From positions 1-10,899 of the forward strand of contig JBHGNT010001216.1 in NCBI GenBank assembly GCA_043228905.1: a stretch of 10,899 bases of DNA, given 5' to 3'. The stretch comes from Azolla caroliniana (Eukaryota > Plantae > Polypodiophyta). Position 1 is the first letter of the stretch. Each line of letters opens with the position of its first letter. A model generated the notes under the pieces. That model searched no databases, was not told the origin of the DNA, and was given only the letters and a program-made list of their open reading frames with translations. Position numbers and translations under genes: made by a program. This document shows, in pieces, positions 1-7,819 of this stretch.

Positions 1-2
1 AA

Positions 3-1571
3 GAAGTTTCCGAAGACTACTTCACGTCAGAACACATATGCCGAGTGAACGTGATCCGAGAATTCCGGGAAGAAGAATACGAGGGGGAAACCTTGATGAT
101 CGGGAAGATGCTACAAGAGGTCGAGGATTCAACCAATGATAAAGAAAGGAGAGCCGAGATCCGAAGGAAGAAGAGGCAAGTCCAAAAGTTCTTCTTGGAA
201 AACGGTTTAATATGGAGGACGCCGAAAAGACCGGATGGGATACCACTTCGAGTAGTCGGGACGAAAGAGCAACGAAACCGGATAATGTCCGAGTTCCACG
301 AATCCGATTGGGCTGGACATCGAGGAACATGGGCAACTTTTGTGAAAATCAAGCAAAGATATTGGTGGAAGAACATGTATAAAGATGTCGCGGAGTTCAC
401 AGAAAGCTGCGAGAAATGTCAAGTCTACTCCGGGGTCCGACACCGAGATGAGCTGCATCCGACATTCTCACCGACAATCAACTTCAAGTGGATGGTCGAC
501 ATTGTAGCTATGCCGACCGGGATTGGACAAAAGAAATACTTGGTGTTAGCTCGAGAAGATCTCACAAACCAAGTTGAAGGTCGAGCGCTTCGGAGGAAAA
601 CGTGTGCCGCGGTGTGCCAATTTCTTTTGGAAGAAGTGTTTTGTAGGTACGGCTGCGTAGGACAAGTGATTGCGGACCGGGGAGAACTCGACTCGGACAA
701 AGCTAGGGGATTCTTCGCCAAACATGGAGTTCGGTTAACGTTGACAACGGCCTACAATCCGGAGGCCAACGGGAAGATCGAACGAGGACATAGTCCGATC
801 GTGAAAGCACTTGCGAAGGCATGCGACGGAAAGGTGAAGGATTGGCCACAAATGCTTCCGTATGCACTATGGGCGGATCGGACGACGCATAGCTCCGTGA
901 CCGGTTACATGCCGGCACAACTCATGACCGGACAAGCACCGGTAATGCCAACGGAAACCGCAATCGCGACATGGACAATACTACCGTGGAAGGAAGAGAT
1001 GAGCCGGGAAGAACTACTAGCGGTCCGGATACGACAACTGGAGGGAAGACCGAAAGATGTAGCGGAAGCGTCACGCCGACAACAAGAAGCACGATTCCGG
1101 AACAAAAGCCGGTTCGACACAAAGCACCGACTACGACCGAGGAGGATTGAAGAAGGAGATTGGGTGATCGTCTATGATAGTAGCTTGGACCATCAACATA
1201 CAACGATGCGGAAATTCGCGAAAAGGTGGTTCGGGCCGTACGAGGTTCGGAAGGTCTTCGACAACGGGACGTACCGACTGTCCGAGTTGGATGGAACAAT
1301 ACTACGAGTGCCTATAGCCGGGAAGCGGGTGAAGATTTTCAAAAAGCGGACTGACGACAAACCTTATGTGATCCAAGTCGAGGCCGACAACGAGGAGCAA
1401 TCGGACGAAGACCACAATGATGCGGGAAGCGAAGAAAGTGGATTACAACTCATAGTCGACATAAGGGGAGAATCGGAGGAAGCTTCGGATGAAGACGAAT
1501 ACGAAGAATCAAGAACTTCGGCACATACCGGAGGATGTGCGGGTTTGGAGGGGGCGAGTGTCGTAGTGTAA
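3..1571 (+). CDS. pol: Gypsy Pol C-terminus: integrase (HHCC zinc domain, DDE core, GPY/F motif, acidic tail, no chromodomain); 5'-truncated by window edge
   Basis: Frame is open from position 3. Motifs FHESDWAGH...CEKCQ, WMVDIV, IADRG, NGKIERGH, WFGPYEV. Stop TAA at 1569-1571 lies inside the LTR. Confidence 0.95.
   Translation, partial: EVSEDYFTSEHICRVNVIREFREEEYEGETLMIGKMLQEVEDSTNDKERRAEIRRKKRQVQKFFLENGLIWRTPKRPDGIPLRVVGTKEQRNRIMSEFHESDWAGHRGTWATFVKIKQRYWWKNMYKDVAEFTESCEKCQVYSGVRHRDELHPTFSPTINFKWMVDIVAMPTGIGQKKYLVLAREDLTNQVEGRALRRKTCAAVCQFLLEEVFCRYGCVGQVIADRGELDSDKARGFFAKHGVRLTLTTAYNPEANGKIERGHSPIVKALAKACDGKVKDWPQMLPYALWADRTTHSSVTGYMPAQLMTGQAPVMPTETAIATWTILPWKEEMSREELLAVRIRQLEGRPKDVAEASRRQQEARFRNKSRFDTKHRLRPRRIEEGDWVIVYDSSLDHQHTTMRKFAKRWFGPYEVRKVFDNGTYRLSELDGTILRVPIAGKRVKIFKKRTDDKPYVIQVEADNEEQSDEDHNDAGSEESGLQLIVDIRGESEEASDEDEYEESRTSAHTGGCAGLEGASVVV
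1547..1558 (+). other. Polypurine tract of element A
   Basis: GGAGGGGGCGAG immediately before the LTR-start TG at 1559. Confidence 0.85.
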
Positions 1572-1643
1572 GTTGCACACTATGTGGAAATTATATTTTT
1601 GTCCCTCCGGATAGAGAATGGAGTGCTCGGTGAGAACCGGAAG

Positions 1644-1759
1644 AAAACGGCATACCGGCAAGGAGGAAAACGGCATACCGGCAAGGAGGAAAAACGGCAT
1701 ACCGGCAAGGAGGAAAACGGCATACCGGCAAGGAAGAAAACGGCATACCGGCAAGGAAG
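1644..1759 (+). repeat. Tandem repeat, 5 x ~23 bp (AAAACGGCATACCGGCAAGGA[G/A]G) in U3 of LTR A
   Basis: Units start at 1644, 1667, 1690 (one extra A), 1714 and 1737, with no spacers. Confidence 0.95.
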
Positions 1760-1807
1760 AGCCGGATAAAGAGACATAAATGTAAAAAGAAAGGAAATAC
1801 TCACTAC

Positions 1808-1879
1808 TGCGTAGGGCGTGATTCGAACTCTGCACCTCCACGTTGACAAACCCCAACCTTACCATTACATTAACTTATC
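1808..1879 (-). promoter_or_regulatory. tRNA-like Pol III A-box/B-box unit in LTR A (antisense to the element)
   Basis: Minus strand TAATGTAATGGTAA (1872-1859) ... AGGTG ... GTTCGAATC (1828-1820). GG-to-GTTC distance is 35 nt, as for tRNA G18-G53. Cloverleaf stems do not pair. Confidence 0.55.
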
Positions 1880-2142
1880 TTAAGTGTTTTAAATATAGAT
1901 TTAATACGTATAAGACCTTTATTTATGCATACCTTTATTAAAAGGTAAATCATGTATTTTTAGAGTGCGTGAATATTTTATAGAAAAACGCAAGCGACTA
2001 AAAAGTGACTCATGCACATCTAGCGTGCATGAGCACTATATTTAGCAAATAAAAGCAAGGATTAGAAAAGCATCACATGCACATTTAGTGTGCATGAACA
2101 TATTAGAAAAAGCATATAGCTATGCTTAGTCTCTCCCATCAC

Positions 2143-2149
2143 TATATAA
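2143..2149 (+). promoter_or_regulatory. Putative TATA box of LTR A
   Basis: CTATATAAG in mid-LTR, flanked by the inverted repeat CCCATC/GATGGG. Confidence 0.6.
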
Positions 2150-2427
2150 GGATGGGGAGCACATTGTAGTTTTTGTTGATTATTTGGATTAAGTATTAAT
2201 CAATACAAAAACTATTCGTGGGATTCACGATTTATACATCTACTTCTCTCTTAACACCCTAAGTACCAATTAATATAGTATACTCGTGTGATTCACGAGT
2301 TTCTTATCTTTCTCTTTGCTATTTACTCATAATTAATCTCTATCTCACGAACTTCTTTCTCCTAGTCCAAGACCTCTGTGGTTCCCACCCGACTCACGCA
2401 ATGATCCGGAGCCGAAAGGCACGACAA

Positions 2428-3700
2428 CGTGATTGTGAAGAATATAAAGACATGGAAAATCGAAACTTGGTGAATTGGAAAAATGGTAACATTTATTTAA
2501 CTAAAACTAGAAGTCCACTTACAAAGAACTTTGGTGATGGTGGTGTTAAGGTTTAATTTGAAGAAGCTGAAGCAAAGAAGGCTTCCACAATGTACTACTC
2601 GGCAACAGCAGGAATGCGCCTTGATGGCATGCCATCCCGATCATCATTCTGGGAGAAGGTTGTAAGTATTGCACAAAAGCAAAAGAGGAAGATGGAAGAC
2701 CTTCGTGTTGCCGGAGATTCTGTAAGGAAAAACACTGGATGGGATGTTCCAGTAGATGCTATGCCGGTCTATGCTCAGATGCCAGAACACCAAGAGCATG
2801 AGGTGATAATGGAAGAAAAAAGGAAAAGGCCGGATGATGAGTTTGGCTCAACAAAAAAGCATGAGACAAGAGAAAGCAAAAGAAAAGAGTTGGAGACAAA
2901 AGTCGATAAAGGTAAATCTGGTCCTTCATTCAAATTAAGGTCTGATATTGAAAACGATACAGATTTAAAGAAAGTTTTAGAAACAAGAATACTAGATAGT
3001 CAAGTAGAATTTACACTAAGAGAAGCGTTAGGTATTGCAAAAAAGGAATTTCATGATGAAATAATTGATAGTGTGAAGAAAGAAGCAAATTAATGAGCAG
3101 GTTAAAGAGACAAATCCGAAGGTAGCATATGAAGTGGTGAACAACGAGTCAAACATTATCATTGTTGACTGTCAACGTGCATCAACCTCAATGATAAGTT
3201 CAACAGATGCAAGAAGCCACTACTCTCACAAATGTTGGGCAAGAGCCAGTACTGAGCATCATGTGAAGATTGGAAATGTTCCAGACCCGGTGATGGCACT
3301 TATTGATCATGGTTCTGAAATAAATATAATGAGTGCTAATTTTTACAGGAAAGGTAGATGGCCAATTGATGCTCAACATGGTTGGCGAGTAAAAGCAGCC
3401 ACATCAGTCACCGAAGATTTAGTTGGTGCATGCCCAAATGTAAAGGTTACCATTGGCGATATAGAGGTAGATCAACATTTCTTTGTGCAGGAAGGATCTA
3501 CCTATCGAATAATCTTGGGGCAACCATACATCACAGCAGTACGGATGGAGACCAAAGTCCTTGACAATGGTTCTCCCTATGCGAAACGAACTGTACAGTT
3601 TATGACAACATGCCCAAATCATGAGAGGAACAAGCAAGAGCTATGTGATCATTCAATACCAAAAGACTATGATGATTTTGATAATCAGGTTTTTTACTAG
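2428..3700 (+). pseudogene. gag C-terminal part + aspartic protease of element B
   Basis: Begins RDCEEY (end of a CCHC knuckle, inferred). In-frame stop at 2554-2556 and a 1-nt frameshift near 3078. Protease motifs ALIDHGSEINIM and IILGQPY. Confidence 0.85.
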
Positions 3701-5904
3701 GACTATTGCGAGTGAGGATTACAATAGTCCCATTATTAAAAGACCCTCATATAGGGCATTACAATATATGAATAAGTCATTTCATGTTTCTGAAAGTGGT
3801 GCTATATGTGTGACTAGGATGTATGAATGCAAGAGGAACTTGAAAAAGAATGCTAATCTATTTTAGCAGGCATTGAAGGATAATGGAGTACTTGAAATGG
3901 AAGAGCAGATTGAAAGTGTTATGGAAGAAATTTCTTTTGCAAATACTTTAGAAGAGTTAGAAATGTATTTGAAAGAAGATGATGAGAATGTTAGAAAGAT
4001 ACATGTAAACTCAATTGATATGTATTATGAAATTGATAAGTATAATTGTAAATATGAAGAAGTAGAAGGTTTATGTAACACAAAATATAAAACAATAGAT
4101 AAAAAGATAAAACTTGCTGCAGTACCATTACCTATTGGTAGCGAAGAGAAAATGAAGACAACATAAATATGCTATCAGGTTTGGAGCAAAGATATTAAAT
4201 GATAGGCAAAGAAATTATGCGCAAGTTAAACGAGAATTGTGGCGTTTGCTTACTACACTAAAAATAGATAGAGATTACTTTATTGGAGCAGATGTAGTGG
4301 TTGAAACAGATTGTTTGCTACTCATCAGAATGATAGCAAGTTGCACGACACCAGATATTGCAATGCTTCGGTGGATTGCATACATAAGAACCATGAACCC
4401 AGAATTGCGGCATATAAAGGGCAAAGAGAACCCTGTCGCAGATATGCTATCATGGGCAACGTTCATAAATGAAAAGCTAATGCAAACTGAAGATAAGAAC
4501 TGGGCAACTACAAGCCATCAAGTTGCTCATCAAGTATCTATTAAGCCTCATGATGAGTTTAATGTAAGTATAATGTTTAAAGATGCAGAGTATGAAGGTC
4601 AATGGTTAGAAATAGGAAAATTTTTAAAGACTCAAGAAACCGACCCATCATGGTCAAAGAAACAACTATATGAATCTCGAAGAAGAGCATTCAAATTTCT
4701 TTTACGTGAAGGGCATCTATGGAGGCGCCCAAAAAGACCAACCAAAAATCCTCTTCGAGTCATTTGTAAGGATGATATTAAAAGAAAATTAATTACTTAA
4801 TTCCATGATAGTTTGTGGGTAGGACATAGAAGCATATGGGCGACATTTATGAAGTTAAAAGAAAAGTATTGGTGGCCACATATGTATAAAGATGTAATGA
4901 AATTTGTGGAAACTTGTGAAATATGTCAAAGGTATTCAACTATTCGATATCGAGATGAGCTACAACCAACATATTCATCATCAATGCATTATAAATGGAT
5001 GGTTGATCTAGTGACAATGCCACTTAGGGAAGGTCAAATGCGATATTTAGTACTTGCAAGAGAAGACCTTACAAACCAAGTAGAAGGAAGACCACTACGA
5101 CAAAAAACAACTAGATTTGTATGTAAATTTTTGTTAGAAGATGTAATATGTTGTTATGGGTGTGCTGGTAAAATAATTGCATATAGAGGAGAACTTGACT
5201 CTGATGAAGCTAGAGAATTCTTCTGCCGATTAGGGGTCAAATTATTGCTTACAACTGCGTATAATCCAGAAGCCAATGGATAGATTGAAAGAGGATATAG
5301 CCCAATAGTTAAGGAGATCGTGAAAAGTTGTAAAGGTAAAATAAGAGATTGGCCACGCATGCTACCGTATGCACTATGGGCAGGTCGGACAACACATAGT
5401 TCGATAACAGGATATATGCCAACTGAATTGATACTTGCCCAAAAGCCCATCATGCCAATAGAAGGATCAATTATGTCATGGACATCTATTCCATGGAGAG
5501 AAGAGTTGAGCTGAGAAGAATTGTTGGCTTTGCGAATTCAACAATTAGAGCGTCGGCTTGAAGATGTAGAATTAGCAGCCCAACGATTGAAGGAGGCTCG
5601 ATTAAAGAATAAAATTCATTCTGATAAAACTCACAGAATTCGACATAAGAAGATAGAAGAAGGGGATTGGGTGCTTGTGTATGATAGCAGTTTAGATAAT
5701 CAACATAGCACCGTTCGCAAGTTCGTTGAAAGATGGTTTGGGCCTTACATAGTAAGAAAAGTATATGATAACTTTACTTATAAGCTTAGTGAATTGGATG
5801 GGACAATAATCCTAAACGTGGTAGCTGGAAAGAGGATAAAAGTATTTAAGAAAAGGTTTGAGCTTGAACCTCCTCCAATAGATCAACATGAAGATGAAAG
5901 ATAG
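3701..5904 (+). pseudogene. pol: pol remnant of element B: pre-RT linker, partial RNase H, integrase; RT domain absent
   Basis: KYKTIDKKIKLAAVPLP (to ~4150) abuts RNase H (YAIRFGAK...YAQVKREL...VETDC...HIKGKENPVADMLS). Integrase has in-frame stops at 4798, 5281 and 5512 and a WFGPY motif. Confidence 0.9.
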
Positions 5905-5932
5905 TGGCACATGTCGAAGGATGTGTAGGTCT

Positions 5933-5944
5933 AGAGGGGGTGGA
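5933..5944 (+). other. Polypurine tract of element B
   Basis: AGAGGGGGTGGA, aligned with the PPT of A and its upstream 25 nt. Confidence 0.8.
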
Positions 5945-6089
5945 TCTTGTGAAGTACGAAAACTTCACATTAAAAGTCTGCAATAAGATAAATACGTAAT
6001 GAAAATAAAATAAACCTTTATAATGTTAATAACATACTATGATAATATTATACATTATATGTAGAGACAAAAATATATATACCTATTAT

Positions 6090-6322
6090 ATTACATGGAC
6101 AAGAGAGGACTTGAACTAATAAACCCTACCTTATGACAGTCAAAGGTTACCATTTAGCCTATATTAATAATTTACAAAATAATATATGATTTGAAGTAGT
6201 ATTTTATAGTCTAAACCATGTAATATAATACATGCACAAAATTACATAGGCAAAAGAGGACTTGACCCAACATCCTCAACCTTATGGCGTTCAAACCTTA
6301 CCATTTAGCCTATACTTATAAT
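6090..6322 (-). repeat. 151-bp-period duplication in LTR B, each unit carrying a tRNA-like A/B-box pair on the minus strand
   Basis: GAGGACTTGA...CCTTATG...TTACCATTTAGCCTATA at 6105-6163 and 6256-6314. The tail ATTTGAAGTAGTATT recurs at ~6189 and ~7313. Confidence 0.8.
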
Positions 6323-7279
6323 CATAGAATGAACCATGTTCATACGTGCATTCGCATTCGAGAATGATTCAATCAAACGTGTATGGTAAATAATCTCAAA
6401 GTTGGATTGGATTGAATATGGTCTATATTATATATTGATTCACTCTCAATCCCAATAAGTTGACTCTAATCCATTGTAAACCACCAAAATAAGTATGGTT
6501 GCAATATTTGCATTGTATCACATGCATACTTTTGGGATGTTTCTTAAGAATCAAGACATCTCTATCATCCTCAATTTAGAACTTCACAAAAAAAGGAGTA
6601 TGAACTATAGAGATTGAATCAAAATATGTCATTATAAATTATAATCAAATGCTCAAAAACTCATAAAACATACATTCGAGAATATGAAGAAAATATGACA
6701 TAGGCAATAGTAACATAACAACTTATCACTAGGGTGAGCTAATTTCTAATAATAACAAAGAAAGAAAGAAAAAGAAGAAAAAAGAAATGATCAAAAACTC
6801 ATAAAACGTATATTCGAGAATATGAAGAAAACATGACATAGGCAGTAGTAGAATAAAAATTTGCCATTAGGGTGAGCTAATTTCTAATAACAAACAAAGA
6901 AAAAAAAGGTAACATGACAATAACAAGAGGATATGAGAAAGTTGGGAATTTAACTCAAAACACAAGCAATAGTAGCATGGCAACTTACCACTAGGTTAAG
7001 CTCATTTCTAATAACAAAAAATTTAAAAAAAAATGAAAAACTAATATAAAATTTTGCTATGGTACTAACAAGAGGGAAATGAGAAAATTGGGAATTGAAA
7101 CCAAGACATACACAACAATAACATGTCTTGTTACCACTAGGATGACTTGAATTTGTGATAAAAACATGAAAAAAATGAAAAGAAAAAGGAGCACATATTT
7201 TTCCCTTTTCAAACGTGTTCGTTTTCAAACATTTTCAATTGTTTGAATGCTTGCACGAACACGAATATTACGTTCTATG
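6323..7279. mobile_element. Non-autonomous hAT-type DNA transposon, copy 1 (957 bp)
   Basis: Termini CATAGAATG...CGTTCTATG. 8-bp TSD CTTATAAT (6315-6322) / CCTATAAT (7280-7287), 7/8 match. No coding capacity. Inverted homologue at 7820-8808. Confidence 0.88.
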
Positions 7280-7417
7280 CCTATAATGTATATAAATATG
7301 TGTCTTGTTTTCATTTGAAGTAGTATTATATGGTTTAGTATTATATATAGTCTTCACACATGCAAGAGCCTCTCTGCATGTGCGCCACATGGCCCACATG
7401 TAGAACCATCTCTTCCC

Positions 7418-7424
7418 TATAAAA
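7418..7424 (+). promoter_or_regulatory. Putative TATA box of LTR B
   Basis: CCCTATAAAAGGAG downstream of a CATGCA palindrome, in the same layout as LTR A. Confidence 0.6.
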
Positions 7425-7819
7425 GGAGAAGGAAGTATAGACAAAAGAATCCAAGAAATAAGATTGAGAGGATTATATTGGATCTAGAGAAAGATATATT
7501 ATAATAGAGAAAGATTGATAGAAAAGTATCTCTTCAAGAGAAGTGAAGAACTAGCTTGGTGGTTGTGGTCCTCAACTTGCAACGGAAGGGCGGTGGTTCG
7601 AGTCTTATACTTGTCAAGAGATTGAAGGGAAGACTATGGTCTACTACTAAGAAAGAGGAAGCTAGGTACCTTGCGAGACAAGAATTGAAGGTTCAACGAC
7701 GCTTGCAACCATTTTGTAACTCTTTCATGAAAATGATTATAAATTTCATATATTTTCTCAAATATTATTTTATATCTTATCTTGTCATATCATATATTCC
7801 TTAAAAATCCTATCTTGTC

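Larger units (their letters stand above)
1..2426 (+). mobile_element. Ty3/Gypsy LTR retrotransposon A, 3' part (integrase + PPT + 3' LTR); 5' part outside window
   Basis: Uninterrupted integrase frame, then a purine tract, then an LTR bounded by TGTCGT (1559) and ACGACA (2426). Integrase is the last pol domain (Gypsy order). Confidence 0.95.
1559..2426 (+). repeat. 3' LTR of element A (868 bp)
   Basis: Follows the PPT. 6-bp terminal inverted repeat TGTCGT/ACGACA. TATATAA at 2143-2149. Gag-coding sequence of another element resumes right after 2426. Confidence 0.9.

Noticed and set aside
17-1299. Several minus-strand ORFs over integrase A
   Set aside because: Antisense shadows of a GC-rich coding frame with no recognisable motifs.
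1644-1759. CRISPR-like array
   Set aside because: Head-to-tail units without unique spacers, inside a eukaryotic LTR, with no cas genes.
1509-1865. ORFs 1509-1865(-), 1580-1849(-), 1584-1769(+)
   Set aside because: Repetitive peptides generated by the 23-bp tandem array.
1808-1879. Functional tRNA-Asp gene (and tRNA-Met at ~6096-6167 and ~6247-6318)
   Set aside because: Acceptor, anticodon and T stems do not pair; only the promoter boxes and spacing are retained.
2427-2450. PBS after LTR A, which would make it the 5' LTR of element B
   Set aside because: No TGG-start tRNA complement; the sequence is mid-gag coding, and LTR A does not match LTR B.
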